Positions 17,643 to 28,793 are shown, numbered from the stretch's first letter. The stretch: DNA of 44,096 nucleotides from Thermodesulfobacteriota bacterium (GCA_039715015.1 JBDLIE010000020.1:1-44096), one strand, 5' to 3'. Translations and numbers: made by a program. The notes: generated by a model not told the origin, from the sequence alone.

Positions 17643-18641
17643 ATGAATGGCGGAAACAACAACAAGGTTGATGACGGGCTTGACAGTCATAATCTTCTCA
17701 AGCATCTTGATCATCTCCATGAAGGCCTGCAACGCATCCTCGACAGGCTCAGTGAAGGGGTAATTGTTGTTGGTTGTCAAGGGCTTGTCAGCTATGCCAA
17801 CCCTGCCGCCTGCATCATGATGGCCTGGCGAAAAGAGTGCCTGGACAGGAACCTGAAATCAACCATGCAATGCTGCGATGGCAGTACCCTGCCTTTTTTA
17901 GAGGACAATGGCTCCCTTGCGCGCACCATTTGTGAAGGCGGCGTGTTAAGCGGCACTGAGAGGGTTATGAGTGCAGCAACCGCCTGTTTCACCGTGGAGT
18001 ATAGCGCAACCCCCCTGAAGGATAATGATGGCGTTGTCGGCGCGGCAATCATCTTTAATAATATCAGTGAGCGTATTCTGGTAGAAGGGGCGCTTAGTGA
18101 GGCCAATAAAAGGCTGCAGCGCTTAAACAACGAACTGAAGCTCAAAAATCAAAGACTTCAGGAAATTTCCGTCACTGATAGTCTCACCAACCTCTATAAT
18201 CATCGTCATATCATCGAACGCCTTCAGGAGCATGTGGGCTCCTCTGATCGTTATCAACGTGATCTGTCCGTGATGATGCTTGATATCGATTTTTTCAAAA
18301 ATGTAAACGATACTTATGGTCACCCTTACGGCGACGAGGTCCTTGAACAGGTTTCCAATACCCTGCGTGAGGAAATCCGCGCTGTGGATATTGCCGGGCG
18401 CTATGGCGGTGAGGAGTTTTTGGTGGTCATGCCTGAAACCGATTTGGAAGAGGCCATCGGTATAGCCGAACGTGTCCGCCAGGCCATGGAGTCACTGACC
18501 TGGGAGCATCCAATAATCCTGACAACCAGTGTGGGGGTGGCTATGTGGAAACAGGGCGAAACCGCCTCAGAGCTTATCTCCAGGGCAGATTGCCTTCTCT
18601 ACGAGGCAAAAAAAGGTGGCCGCAACCAGGTCAGGGGATAG
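17643..18641 (+). CDS. PAS-domain diguanylate cyclase
   Basis: PAS-like segment, coiled coil, TDSLTNLYN, DIDFFKNVNDTYGHPYGD, I-site RAVD, active site GGEEF. Confidence 0.93.
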   Translation: MNGGNNNKVDDGLDSHNLLKHLDHLHEGLQRILDRLSEGVIVVGCQGLVSYANPAACIMMAWRKECLDRNLKSTMQCCDGSTLPFLEDNGSLARTICEGGVLSGTERVMSAATACFTVEYSATPLKDNDGVVGAAIIFNNISERILVEGALSEANKRLQRLNNELKLKNQRLQEISVTDSLTNLYNHRHIIERLQEHVGSSDRYQRDLSVMMLDIDFFKNVNDTYGHPYGDEVLEQVSNTLREEIRAVDIAGRYGGEEFLVVMPETDLEEAIGIAERVRQAMESLTWEHPIILTTSVGVAMWKQGETASELISRADCLLYEAKKGGRNQVRG

Positions 18642-18756
18642 TGCATAAGGTTTATGCCGTAAACGTACAAAGACAAGCCTTGATTTCGGAACCTGCAAAT
18701 CTAAACGGACTCATTAGCTATGACTGCTTGCTTGCATTTTGGTGCCGGCAAAATGG

Positions 18757-19497
18757 TTATTTCGCTGAGGCGATTTTTTTCTGGCGCTGGATTTCCGCGT
18801 CGGAGGCGCGGATGTAAAGGGGAGTGACGGAGACCGGGTCGAGGAATTGTTTTTGAGGGTACATTTTGAGGGCCAGTTTGCCGATGGCGGCAGCCCTGGG
18901 GAAGATGATGTGTTCCGGAGCAAAGAGGGCGTTGGTGCCGAGGGTTTCTTTAAGAAGATCGCCATAGACGTTGACGCCGTCGCCCACAAATATGGTGGGT
19001 TGAGCAATTTGTGCTGACAGCTCTTCCGGGGCCATGACCAGATAATCGCTGCTGCGCTCCACTTCACCCTTTTCATTGCTTTTATAAAAGGCGGCATAAA
19101 TCTCATGCTTACGGGCATCAAGGATGGTGCAGATCTGCTGCCCGGCAAAGGGCAACTGGTTGGCAAGACCGTCCAGGCTGCTGATGCCGATGAGCGGCAG
19201 GCCCGTTGCCATGGCAATGCCCTTGACCGTGGAAAGGCCGATACGCAGGCCGGTGAAACTGCCTGGGCCCAGGCAGACGGCAATGGCATCAAGCTGCTGC
19301 CAGTCAAGTTCGCTTTCTTCCAGGATATCATCCAAAGAACCAAGCAGTCTCTTCGAGTGGGTAAGGCGGGAGAGCAAGGTACGCTCGGCCAGCAAGCCCT
19401 CAGGAGAGGTCAGGGCCACATTGCCGTACATCGTAGAATTATCAATGGCCAGAATGAGCGGTGCACGCCAGCTGATTTTTTTCTTCACATGGGCCAT
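18757..19497 (-). CDS. tsaB: tRNA threonylcarbamoyladenosine biosynthesis protein TsaB
   Basis: ILAIDNST, HSKRLL, GPGSFTGLRIG, LDARKHEIY, PLYIRASDAE. Confidence 0.95.
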   Translation of the reverse strand: MAHVKKKISWRAPLILAIDNSTMYGNVALTSPEGLLAERTLLSRLTHSKRLLGSLDDILEESELDWQQLDAIAVCLGPGSFTGLRIGLSTVKGIAMATGLPLIGISSLDGLANQLPFAGQQICTILDARKHEIYAAFYKSNEKGEVERSSDYLVMAPEELSAQIAQPTIFVGDGVNVYGDLLKETLGTNALFAPEHIIFPRAAAIGKLALKMYPQKQFLDPVSVTPLYIRASDAEIQRQKKIASAK

Positions 19498-19499
19498 GG

Positions 19500-20573
19500 T
19501 TAGCTGGTGAGTATGCGGAGAATATCATTGTAAAAGGCAAAGACCATGAGGCTGACAAGCAGAACAATGCCGATGAGCTGCATTTTTTCTTGAAGCTCGC
19601 GGGTTAGGGGTTTGCGGCGGATGGCCTCCATGGAGAAAAAGACAAGGTGGCCACCGTCTAAGACTGGAATGGGCAGCAGGTTCAAGATGCCCAGGTTAAC
19701 GCTCAAAAATCCCATGAAGTAAAAGAAGTCCAACCAGCCAGACTGCAACTGCTTGCCGGCAATCTGGGCAATAAGAATAGGACCACCGATCTCGGAAGCC
19801 GGAATGATCCGTTGCATCATCTTCCAGATGCCGATCAATGTCTTGCGGGTCATCTCTACGGTTTGATTAAACCCTGCTGTGATGGATTCAATGATTGTGG
19901 CTGGCTCAAATTCCAGGGTCATGTCCCGGGCAATACCAAGACGATAGCCCTTGCCGGTGACTTCGCCGAATTCATTTTTTATATCCACCTCTTCCGGAGT
20001 TGCCTCTAAAGTAAGTATCTCTCCGTTCCTTTCAACGCTAAAGGCAAGGGCTTTCCCGCCGGACTCTGTGACAATATAATAAACCTCAGACCAGTCATTT
20101 ATTTCCTGGCCTTCAATCTGTTTGACGATGTCACCATCCACCAGACCAGCTCGGGCTCCTGCCCCGTCTTCTGTGACTTTGCCGATCATGGTGGAGGGGC
20201 CAAGGATAGGTAAACCCATCACTATAAAGATAGTGCTGAGCAGAACAACAGTGAACAAGAGGTTAGAGGCAGGCCCTGCTAACACAATAAAAAAACGCTG
20301 CCAGACCGGTTTATGAGAAAAGGCGCGTGCCTCATCGAGGGCGGACACCTCCTCATCAATATTTTCTCCTGTCATTTTGACGAAACCACCGAGAGGAAAG
20401 GCACTTACCACATATTCGGTTTCGCCTATCTTTTTGCCAAACATCTTGGGGCCAAAGCCCAGAGAAAATTTTAGGACTTTTACGTTAAATAGCTTGGCAA
20501 TAATGAAATGGCCGAATTCATGGACAAAGATGAGAATTCCGAGAACAACGATAAAGGCAAAGGCAGTGGTCAT
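19500..20573 (-). CDS. rseP: RIP metalloprotease RseP
   Basis: HEFGH, FSLGFG, PLGGFVKM, PDZ domain, NLLPIPVLDGGH. Confidence 0.96.
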   Translation of the reverse strand: MTTAFAFIVVLGILIFVHEFGHFIIAKLFNVKVLKFSLGFGPKMFGKKIGETEYVVSAFPLGGFVKMTGENIDEEVSALDEARAFSHKPVWQRFFIVLAGPASNLLFTVVLLSTIFIVMGLPILGPSTMIGKVTEDGAGARAGLVDGDIVKQIEGQEINDWSEVYYIVTESGGKALAFSVERNGEILTLEATPEEVDIKNEFGEVTGKGYRLGIARDMTLEFEPATIIESITAGFNQTVEMTRKTLIGIWKMMQRIIPASEIGGPILIAQIAGKQLQSGWLDFFYFMGFLSVNLGILNLLPIPVLDGGHLVFFSMEAIRRKPLTRELQEKMQLIGIVLLVSLMVFAFYNDILRILTS

Positions 20574-20720
20574 GGATATATCACGTGTTTTGAATTAGAA
20601 AATGCGGTTGTTAGTCTTTAATGATGCCAGGTATTTGAAGTGAGTTCCGCTTAATCTCTGGGGTTTCGATTTAATTATGTTGTGGTCGGATATGAAAGAA
20701 ACCTGTCAGCGCTTATCTAA

Positions 20721-21941
20721 CTAGACAATCGGGACCTCAGGCCAGGGCAGATCAAGGCCTTTTTTCTGTCGACTCCGCACTTGCAAGGCCTCCACCACGG
20801 ATTCTGCCTGCATGCGGGCTGAAAGATCGGCCTGCAATACGGTTTCAACATCCTTAATATCCTTCTTGTCGTGACGTTCCAGGGTTTCGGCAACCACCAG
20901 GGCAATTTCCGGGAAACGTATTTTACCTCCTAGAAAGGCATCCACGGCAATTTCATTTGCTGCATTGAGGGCGGCGGGCATGGTGCCGCCCCGCTGGCAG
21001 GCCTGGTAGGCAAGCTTCAGGGCAGGGAATTTTTTAAAATCCGGGGCGTGAAAGTTGAGATCTTGAGCCTTGGTAAGACTGAGTCTGGGCAGATCAAGAC
21101 GTAATCGTTCCGGGTAGGAAAGGGCGTAGGCAATGGGAATACGCATGTCAGGGACACCCATCTGCGAAATCACTGAACCGTCGATATACTCAACCATGGA
21201 ATGCACTATGGACTGGGGATGGATCACCACCTCAATATCTTCAACCTTGATATCAAAGAGCCAGCGGGCCTCAATGACTTCAAGGCCCTTATTCATCAGG
21301 GTGGCGGAATCAATGGAGATCTTTTTGCCCATTTCCCAATTGGGGTGGGCCAGGGCCTGCTCCGGCGACACATCCCACAGCTCTTCCATGCTTTTTTCAC
21401 GAAAAGGACCGCCAGAGGCAGTGAGGATGATTTTATGAACATCGTGCCGCTGACCCGCAGCCAGAGCCTGGAAGATGGCGTTATGCTCGCTGTCAATGGG
21501 CAGTATGTTGACCTTGTTTTTACGGGCTGCGTTCATGACCAAGTCACCGGCCATGACCAAAGTTTCTTTATTGGCAAGGCCGATGTTCTTTCCTGCCTCA
21601 ATGGCGCTCAGGGTTGGCAGCAGGCCGGCAGCGCCGACAATGGCAGAGACTACGGTGGAGGCTTCCTGCAGAGTGGCAACAGCAATGGCACCCTCACGGC
21701 CATGGACAATCTTATCCTGCCATTTGGAACCAAGCGTCTCAAGAAGTTTGGCCGCACCTTTCTTAGTGGCAACAGAGACAAGTTGGGGGTGAAAGGCCTC
21801 AACCTGATTGCGGAGCAAATTAATATTATTGCCGGCAGCCAATCCGACGACGCGGAATTTTCCGGGGTATTGGCGTACCACATCAAGGACATTGGTGCCG
21901 ATGGAGCCTGTGGAGCCGAGCAGGGAGATGTTAAAGGTCAT
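20721..21941 (-). CDS. dxr: 1-deoxy-D-xylulose-5-phosphate reductoisomerase
   Basis: [51 protein letters not shown]. Confidence 0.97.
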   Translation of the reverse strand: MTFNISLLGSTGSIGTNVLDVVRQYPGKFRVVGLAAGNNINLLRNQVEAFHPQLVSVATKKGAAKLLETLGSKWQDKIVHGREGAIAVATLQEASTVVSAIVGAAGLLPTLSAIEAGKNIGLANKETLVMAGDLVMNAARKNKVNILPIDSEHNAIFQALAAGQRHDVHKIILTASGGPFREKSMEELWDVSPEQALAHPNWEMGKKISIDSATLMNKGLEVIEARWLFDIKVEDIEVVIHPQSIVHSMVEYIDGSVISQMGVPDMRIPIAYALSYPERLRLDLPRLSLTKAQDLNFHAPDFKKFPALKLAYQACQRGGTMPAALNAANEIAVDAFLGGKIRFPEIALVVAETLERHDKKDIKDVETVLQADLSARMQAESVVEALQVRSRQKKGLDLPWPEVPIV

Positions 21942-21953
21942 GGTTGCGACAAC

Positions 21954-22751
21954 TTAAAGCAGATTGAAGGTGAGGATGTAATAAAAGGCAGGGGCACAAA
22001 AGAGCAGGGAGTCGCTCCTGTCAAGAAAACCGCCGTGGCCCGGCAGGAGTTTGCCCGAGTCCTTGGTGCCGGTGGCCCTTTTAATAATCGATTCAGTGAG
22101 ATCGCCAGCAACGCCCAGGGCAGAGAGGAGGGCTCCGTAAATGGCAATCTTCACCAGAGAGATTTCCGGCAATAAGAGAGCTGCCAACAGCATGCCGCCT
22201 GAAATCCCGCAGATAATGCCGCCGTTAAAGCCGGCCACGGTCTTACCCGGACTGATATGGGGACAGAGTTTGGTCTTGCCTAGGGATTTGCCGATAAAAT
22301 AGGCACCGCTATCCGAGGCCGCAGTAATGCCAGACAGAACAATGAGCCAGTAGCCCCCTTTTTCAAGGCCCATGAGCAGGATGACATGGCCCATGAAAAA
22401 GCCGCAGTAGACAACGCCGAAAATATATTTGCCCAGAAAGGTGAGGGGCTCGGTCAGAGACCTGTAGGAGTAAAGGGTGACCAGAAAACCAGCCAGCACG
22501 GCAAAAAAGACACCGGCGGCCAGATACTCCAGGCTGGGGTGGTAAACGGCGAAGAGGGGGATGGAGGCCAGGGGAACGACCAGGGGCAGAATTCTTCGCT
22601 CTTGATCCCGCAGGACCATGGCAAAAAATTCATAGGAGCAGATAGTCCCGAAAATGGTCATCCCCACCCAGAAGGGCCTGTAGTAGCCGGTATAGAGCAG
22701 GAAAAACCACAGGGAGGCGAGTAGAACGCCGGTGATGATCCTGGCTCTCAT
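21954..22751 (-). CDS. cdsA: Phosphatidate cytidylyltransferase
   Basis: SDSGAYFIG, ISPGKT, GDLTESIIKR..GTKDSGKLLPGHGGFLDRSDS. Confidence 0.96.
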   Translation of the reverse strand: MRARIITGVLLASLWFFLLYTGYYRPFWVGMTIFGTICSYEFFAMVLRDQERRILPLVVPLASIPLFAVYHPSLEYLAAGVFFAVLAGFLVTLYSYRSLTEPLTFLGKYIFGVVYCGFFMGHVILLMGLEKGGYWLIVLSGITAASDSGAYFIGKSLGKTKLCPHISPGKTVAGFNGGIICGISGGMLLAALLLPEISLVKIAIYGALLSALGVAGDLTESIIKRATGTKDSGKLLPGHGGFLDRSDSLLFCAPAFYYILTFNLL

Positions 22752-23473
22752 ATCTGCTCTCCGGTTTTACCAAAGCGCCGCTGGCGCTGCTGGTAGTGGA
22801 CGATGGCCTCTTGCAGACTTTTCTTAGTGAAGTCCGGCCATGGTGTGTCGGTGAAATAGATCTCGGCGTAGGAGGTCTGCCAGAGCAGGAAGTTTGAAAG
22901 CCTGGCCTCGCCGCCGGTGCGGATGAGGAGGTCAGGGTCAGGCAGGCCGTGGGTGTACAGGTGGCTGCTGATCAGCTCTTCGCTGATATCCTCTTCTTGC
23001 AGTTGACCGTTTTTAAGTTTGTGGCCGATAGCCTTGATGGCCTGGGTCAGTTCGCTTCGGCCCCCGTAATTCAAAGCCAGGTTAAGGATAAGGGAGTTGT
23101 TGTTCTTGGTGCGGTCAATGGTCTCGCTGAGCACTTCATAGACATCAGTTGGTAGTCTCTTTAGGTCACCGATGGCCCGCAGCTGGATGTCGTTTTTGAG
23201 CATGGAGTCAAGTTCGCTTTTAAGATAGTTCTTCAAAAGCAACATGAGTCCGGATACTTCGTCATTGGGCCGGTTCCAATTCTCGGTGGAAAAGGCGTAG
23301 AGAGTCAGAACGGGGATGGCCATCTCCCGCCCGGCCTCGACGATCTTCTTAACAGCCTTGACCCCGGCCTTATGCCCCATAAGTCGGATGAGTCCCTGGG
23401 CTTGGGCCCAGCGCCCGTTGCCATCCATTATAATGGCAATATGTGTGGGGATATTGTCAGGGTCAATCTGCAA
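22748..23473 (-). CDS. uppS: Undecaprenyl diphosphate synthase
   Basis: HIAIIMDGNGRWA, YAFSTENWNRP, DPDLLIRTGGEARLSNFLLWQ. TTG start with GGAGG upstream. Confidence 0.96.
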   Translation of the reverse strand: MQIDPDNIPTHIAIIMDGNGRWAQAQGLIRLMGHKAGVKAVKKIVEAGREMAIPVLTLYAFSTENWNRPNDEVSGLMLLLKNYLKSELDSMLKNDIQLRAIGDLKRLPTDVYEVLSETIDRTKNNNSLILNLALNYGGRSELTQAIKAIGHKLKNGQLQEEDISEELISSHLYTHGLPDPDLLIRTGGEARLSNFLLWQTSYAEIYFTDTPWPDFTKKSLQEAIVHYQQRQRRFGKTGEQI

Positions 23474-23549
23474 GGTGTCGTTAAACCTCCATGAAACTAT
23501 TCAGCCAAGTACTTCGGTCTAGCTAAAGCCATCGCATGTAACTGAACAG

Positions 23550-24107
23550 TTACACCTCCATGACCTCTTTTTCTTTGTCGGCCAGGGCCTCGTCGATCTG
23601 TTTTACAAAGCGATCCGTTTCTTTCTGGGCATCGTCCTGGTATTTGAAGAGATCATCTTCGGAGATCTCCTTGTCCTTCTTCATCTTCTTGAAATGATCA
23701 ATGGCGTCCCTGCGGCTATTTCTAACATTGATCCGGAAATCTTCGCAGGTCTTTTTTACCTGCTTGACCAGCTCCTTACGGCGTTCTTCCGTGAGCTGGG
23801 GCACGGAGATGCGGATGAGTTTGCCGTCGTTTGCCGGGGTCAGGCCGAGGTTGGATTTGAGGATGGCCTTTTCGATGCCGGGTAGGGTTTGGGGGTCCCA
23901 GGGTTGGACAACGATCATCCGGCTTTCAGGGATGGTCAGGGTGGCTACCTGATTTAAGGGCATCATGGCTCCGTAGGAGTCTACCTTAACACCGTCAAGA
24001 AGTGATATTGAGGCACGGCCAGTCCTGATTTTGGAAAGGTCGTTACGAAAGGCCTCCATGCTTTTTTCCATCTTGTCAATCATATCTAGCAAAACTTCTT
24101 CACTCAT
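23550..24107 (-). CDS. frr: Ribosome recycling factor
   Basis: IRTGRAS, LGLTPANDG, PQLTEERRKELVK. ATG 24107 gives 185 aa and overlaps the pyrH stop. Confidence 0.97.
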   Translation of the reverse strand: MSEEVLLDMIDKMEKSMEAFRNDLSKIRTGRASISLLDGVKVDSYGAMMPLNQVATLTIPESRMIVVQPWDPQTLPGIEKAILKSNLGLTPANDGKLIRISVPQLTEERRKELVKQVKKTCEDFRINVRNSRRDAIDHFKKMKKDKEISEDDLFKYQDDAQKETDRFVKQIDEALADKEKEVMEV

Positions 24108-24829
24108 TGGTCGTCTCCGGTAATAAGGGTTCCGATCTTTTTCCCGCAAACGGCTTTCTTAATGTTGCCGGGGATGCTTAGATCAAAAACAAGTATTTTC
24201 TGGTGATTATCCATGGCCAGGGAAATTGCCGCCGCATCCATGACCTTCAAACGGCGGTGCAGTACATCGGTAAAGGTAAGCTGGTCAAATTTCACAGCAT
24301 CATCATACTTGAGAGGGTCCTTGTCGTAAACCCCGTCGACCCGGGTGGCTTTGCAGATCAGGTTGGCATTGATTTCTAAGCCCCGCAGAACGCCGGCTGT
24401 GTCGGTGGTGAAATAGGGATTGCCGGTACCAGCCGCGAAGATAACGGCATCGCCGCGATGGAAATGATCCAGGGCCAGCAGCCGCGAGTAAGGCTCACAC
24501 ACCGTATCCATGGGAATAGCGGAAAGAACAGCAGTGGAAACGCCGCTGTTGTCCAAGGCATCTTTGAGGGCCAGGGAGTTCATCACCGTGGCCAGCATGC
24601 CCATATTATCGGCAGCAGCCCGGTCCATACCGCTTGAGGCCCCGGAGACGCCACGGAAGATATTGCCGGCACCGATGACCATACCCACCTCAACGCCGAG
24701 CTTGGTGACCTCTTTGACCTCGTTGGCTAGATAGGACAGGACCTCAGTGCTGATTCCATACTCCTCATCTCCCATCAAAGCTTCTCCTGAGAGTTTGAGC
24801 AACACTCTTTTGAACTTGGCCTTGGCCAT
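24104..24829 (-). CDS. pyrH: UMP kinase
   Basis: RVLLKLSGEALMG, GNIFRG, DNMGMLATVMN, GTGNPYFTTDTAG. GGAGG 7 nt before ATG 24829. Confidence 0.97.
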   Translation of the reverse strand: MAKAKFKRVLLKLSGEALMGDEEYGISTEVLSYLANEVKEVTKLGVEVGMVIGAGNIFRGVSGASSGMDRAAADNMGMLATVMNSLALKDALDNSGVSTAVLSAIPMDTVCEPYSRLLALDHFHRGDAVIFAAGTGNPYFTTDTAGVLRGLEINANLICKATRVDGVYDKDPLKYDDAVKFDQLTFTDVLHRRLKVMDAAAISLAMDNHQKILVFDLSIPGNIKKAVCGKKIGTLITGDDQ

Positions 24830-24921
24830 GGTCACACCTCCTGCTGTACGAGCTGGTTTATCTTAAAAAGACACCGTCAAAAAAACAGGGCAAAAATAGC
24901 ACGTGCTGACTATTTTTGCAT

Positions 24922-24963
24922 AAAAAAAGGAGTATGCAGAGGTAATCCTCCACATACTCCTTT
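24922..24963 (-). terminator. Terminator after tsf
   Basis: Stem AAAGGAGTATG...CATACTCCTTT with an A7 run that reads as a U-tract on the minus strand. Confidence 0.65.
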
Positions 24964-24980
24964 GAACTAACGAAAAAAAA

Positions 24981-25574
24981 TTAAGCGCCTACGGCAAAAC
25001 GGGCAAAGCGCTTAACGGTGATGTTCTCACCCATGGCAGCAACGATTTCGTTAAGCTTGTCCTGGATGGTGACATCAGGGTCTTTAACGAACTTCTGCTC
25101 AAGCAGGCAGATCTCACCGTAAAATTTGTCGATCTTACCACCGACGATTTTCTCGACAATATTTTCAGGCTTGCCGGAATCCAGGGCCTGTTGGACATAA
25201 ATGGCCTTTTCGCGTTCAAGCACATCAGCAGGCACATCTTCGCGGCCAAGTCCGATGGGGTTGGTGGCTGCCACGTGCATGGCGATATCCTTGGCGAAAT
25301 TGATAAAGCCGTCGGTCTTGGCAACGAAGTCGGTCTCGCAACCAACCTCTACCATGGCGCCCATCTTGCCGTTGGCATGAATGTAGGTCTCAATGATGCC
25401 TTCGCTGGTGGCGCGGTCGGAGCGCTTGGCGGCCACGGCCAGTCCTTTCTGACGCAGAAAGTCAACGGCCTTATCCATGTCACCGTCATTCTCAGAAAGG
25501 GCCTTTTTACAATCCATCATTCCCGCGTTGGTCTTGTCGCGGAGTTCTTTAACCATTTGACTTGTAATTTTCAC
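24981..25574 (-). CDS. tsf: Elongation factor Ts (short form)
   Basis: VKELRDKTNAGMMDCKKAL, CETDFVAK, GKPENIVEKIV. GTG start. Confidence 0.97.
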   Translation of the reverse strand: MKITSQMVKELRDKTNAGMMDCKKALSENDGDMDKAVDFLRQKGLAVAAKRSDRATSEGIIETYIHANGKMGAMVEVGCETDFVAKTDGFINFAKDIAMHVAATNPIGLGREDVPADVLEREKAIYVQQALDSGKPENIVEKIVGGKIDKFYGEICLLEQKFVKDPDVTIQDKLNEIVAAMGENITVKRFARFAVGA

Positions 25575-25689
25575 AGCTTTCTATCCTGTTCTTAAACACC
25601 GAAGATGGTGCATTATTATATTGAATATAGAAACGCCCGACTCGGTGTGTAACAAAGAGTCGGGCGGCTTGGGACGCAGGGATGAGGGC

Positions 25690-26460
25690 TTAGGCCTCTG
25701 TCTGAGGCGCCTCAGGCTCGGTGTTGGCCTCTGCCATGGCAGTGGCAAGATCCTCATTAGTCTCAACAGTTTCACCGCGGCGGGCTTTGCCGGCCAGAGC
25801 TGCATCGGCAATCTTGCCGGTAACGAGCTTGATGGACTTAATGGCATCATCATTACTGGGAATGATGTAGTCAATATTGTCCGGGTCGCAGTTGGTGTCA
25901 GTGATGGCAACAACAGGAATACCTAATCTGTTGGCCTCATCAACGGCGATTTTCTCACGCTTTGGGTCAATAACAAACATGGCAGAAGGCAGGCCTTTCA
26001 TTTCCTGGATACCGCCCAGGTTACGCTGGAGCTTAACCAGGTCTTTTTTCATCATCAGTGCTTCTTTCTTCTTGTACTGATTGATGGAACCGTCTTCTTC
26101 CATGGTCTGGATCTTTTTCATGCGGTCAACAGACTGCTTGATGGTCTGGAAGTTGGTCATCATGCCGCCGAGCCAGCGGTGGTTAACAAAAAACATGCCG
26201 CAGCGCTTGGCCTCTTCCTTGATGGTCTCCTGGGCCTGGCGCTTGGTGCCGACAAACATGACGGTGCCACCGTCAGCAACGGTGTTGGCGATGAAATCAT
26301 AGGCCTTATTGAAAAGGGGCAGGGTCTTGTCAAGGTTGATGACATAGATCTTGTTGCGGGCCCCGAAAATATAGGGCTTCATCTTGGGGTTCCAGCGCCT
26401 GGTCTGATGACCAAAATGCATGCCGGCTGCCAACATTTCTTTCATTTTGATGTTACTCAT
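25690..26460 (-). CDS. rpsB: 30S ribosomal protein S2
   Basis: [38 protein letters not shown]. Confidence 0.98.
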   Translation of the reverse strand: MSNIKMKEMLAAGMHFGHQTRRWNPKMKPYIFGARNKIYVINLDKTLPLFNKAYDFIANTVADGGTVMFVGTKRQAQETIKEEAKRCGMFFVNHRWLGGMMTNFQTIKQSVDRMKKIQTMEEDGSINQYKKKEALMMKKDLVKLQRNLGGIQEMKGLPSAMFVIDPKREKIAVDEANRLGIPVVAITDTNCDPDNIDYIIPSNDDAIKSIKLVTGKIADAALAGKARRGETVETNEDLATAMAEANTEPEAPQTEA

Positions 26461-26474
26461 TGGTAAATCTCCAT

Positions 26475-26570
26475 TTTTGGTTGTTCATCCATCCCGCGTC
26501 CAACCCGTTTTCTTTATCTCCAAGGAGGGGAAAACCGGCACCAAAGGGACTTTGCAGGGATGTGCGAGGT
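26475..26570 (-). promoter_or_regulatory. Putative S2-binding leader RNA of rpsB-tsf
   Basis: Minus strand reads CGCACATCCCTGC...GGTGCC...GCGGGATGGATGAACAACC, with a CATCCC/GGGATG outer stem. Layout resembles proteobacterial rpsB leaders as recalled. Confidence 0.5.
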
Positions 26571-26865
26571 TATGTCAGGAGGCGCAGTGTGATGATATAA
26601 TGAAGGATTACCCTTCTGATTACGTATCTGTCTGGGCCTGCTGACAGCGAAAAACAAGATCTTTTAACATTCAATGGCCAAGAATGCAAGATGATTGACA
26701 GGAAATTATTACTGCTTTTTGGCTGCTTGTGGACCGGACCGGCAAGGATGAAGGAGGGCTTGGAGTGAAATTATTATTTGGACAATTTGCCGAGAAGTAC
26801 TAATAGTTTCAGAGGGTTTATTACTTTTTTAGCTCAAGTCGTGATCGGGAATATATAAGGTTTTT

Positions 26866-28746
26866 ATGGTGGCAGATAAGACATTAATACTTTCCCTGGT
26901 GGTTTTTGCCGGCATTTTCTGCCAGTGGCTTGCCTGGCGAGTCAAACTCCCAGCCATTCTTTTTTTGCTTTGCAGCGGCATTGTGGCTGGGCCGGTGTTT
27001 GGCTGGCTTGATTCTGACGCCCTGTTCGGTGATCTGCTTTTCCCGTTTATCTCACTTTCTGTTGCCATCATTCTTTTTGAGGGCAGCCTGACCCTGAAGT
27101 TCCATCAAATTTCCGGTCTGCGAAGGGTGATTCGCAACATGGTATCCGTTGGCGGACTTATCACCTGGGTAATCACTTCTGTGACCACCCATTATGCCCT
27201 GGATTTTCCGTGGGAGCTCGCTTTTCTCTTCGGCGCCATCACCATGGTTACCGGGCCCACGGTCATCGTGCCCTTGCTCCGGACGGTGAGGCCCAGTGCT
27301 GCGGTGGCCAATGTCCTGCGCTGGGAAGGGATCGTTATTGACCCCATCGGCGCCACTCTGGCTGTTTTGGTCTATGAATTTATCCTGCTGGGCGCTGGCA
27401 GCACCGCTTTGGGCCATACCTTTTTTGCCTTTGGCAAGATGATAGCCATTGGCCTTGCCCTGGGTTCGGCTTCTGCCTATCTGTATGCCACCTTGCTCCG
27501 CCTCCACTGGCTACCGGAATTTCTCCACAACGTGACCACTCTGGCAGTGGTTGTTATGGTTTTTGCCTTATCTAATGCCCTCCAGCATGAATCAGGTCTG
27601 CTGACGGTGACGGTGATGGGCATATGGCTTGCCAACAGCAAGGACGTGCCCATTGATGAAATCATTGATTTTAAGGAGAGCCTGAGTGTTCTGCTCATCT
27701 CTGTTCTTTTTATTGTTCTGGCTGCCCGCCTGGATTTTCAGATGTTTATTGAGCTTGGTTGGCCGGCGCTCCTTGTCTTTCTTTCCATCCAGTTTTTGTC
27801 TCGGCCTTTAAGCGTTGTTATTTCGGCCTTTGGTTCGAGCCTGAGCTGGCCTGAGCGCCATCTCCTGGCCTGGATTGCCCCTCGGGGGATTGTGGCCGCG
27901 GCTATCTCAGCGCTTTTTGCCATTCGTCTCGAGCAGTCTGGTTATGAAGTGGCCCCTCTCTTGGTACCCTTAACCTTTATGGTAATTATCGGTACCGTGG
28001 GGCTGCAAAGTGCCACTGCCGGTTTTATTGCCCGCAGGCTTGGAGTGGCAGAGCCCGATCCCAAAGGGTTTCTCATCATCGGCGCCAATAGTTTTGCCCG
28101 GGCGGTTGCCAGTGCCCTTAAAGGAGAGGGGTTTCGTGTACTCCTGGTGGATACAAGCTGGGAGAAGATCAGTAAGGCTCAGGCGGAAGGGCTGCAGACC
28201 TATTATGGCCAGCCTGTTTCCGAACATGCCGGCCGTAATCTTGACCTGGTGGGGATCGGTCGAATGTTGGGCTTGTCTCCCCGCAGCTCTTTAAACTCGT
28301 TATCCTGTATGCATTATCGGATGGAATTGGGCTATAATGCCGTTTATGCCCTGCAGACCGAAAGGGATAAGGAGATTGCCGAGGACAGAAAGGCAGCTTC
28401 GACCCGTAAATGGTTCACCCTCTTTGGCAAAGAGGTGAGTTTTTCATCTTTAATGGCCGCCCTGCATCAAAAATGGTCCATCCGTAGTATTAAATTGACG
28501 GAGACCTTTACCTATGAGGATTATCTGCGGAAGTATCAGGGCCGGGCAATTTCTCTTTTTGCCCTTAGACCTAGCGGTGCCCTGGAGGTTTTTACTGTGG
28601 AAGAACAACCTGTCCCTTTGGCTGACTGGATACTGTTAAGTTTCGTGGCACCAGAAGTAGAGCAGGGTTTACCAAAAGAGAGCCCAAGTTCTAAATTGCA
28701 GAGCAAAAAAAGTCCCCCAGGAACAGCTCATGAGAGGAAAATATAG
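26866..28746 (+). CDS. Cation:proton antiporter, CPA1/NhaP type, with C-terminal NAD-binding (TrkA-N-like) domain
   Basis: AIILFEGSL, VTGPTVIVPLLR, WEGIVIDPIGA, APRGIVAAAIS, then LIIGANSFARAVA. Confidence 0.9.
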   Translation: MVADKTLILSLVVFAGIFCQWLAWRVKLPAILFLLCSGIVAGPVFGWLDSDALFGDLLFPFISLSVAIILFEGSLTLKFHQISGLRRVIRNMVSVGGLITWVITSVTTHYALDFPWELAFLFGAITMVTGPTVIVPLLRTVRPSAAVANVLRWEGIVIDPIGATLAVLVYEFILLGAGSTALGHTFFAFGKMIAIGLALGSASAYLYATLLRLHWLPEFLHNVTTLAVVVMVFALSNALQHESGLLTVTVMGIWLANSKDVPIDEIIDFKESLSVLLISVLFIVLAARLDFQMFIELGWPALLVFLSIQFLSRPLSVVISAFGSSLSWPERHLLAWIAPRGIVAAAISALFAIRLEQSGYEVAPLLVPLTFMVIIGTVGLQSATAGFIARRLGVAEPDPKGFLIIGANSFARAVASALKGEGFRVLLVDTSWEKISKAQAEGLQTYYGQPVSEHAGRNLDLVGIGRMLGLSPRSSLNSLSCMHYRMELGYNAVYALQTERDKEIAEDRKAASTRKWFTLFGKEVSFSSLMAALHQKWSIRSIKLTETFTYEDYLRKYQGRAISLFALRPSGALEVFTVEEQPVPLADWILLSFVAPEVEQGLPKESPSSKLQSKKSPPGTAHERKI

Positions 28747-28793
28747 GGTGTTTTTTTTAATTGTCAGGGATGTAGCGCATAAGGTTACCGGCA

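Noticed and set aside
21201..22175. 324-aa plus-strand ORF
   Set aside because: Antisense shadow of dxr/cdsA. The same applies to the many short antisense ORFs over the MMPL gene, hrpA, tsf, rpsB and the antiporters.
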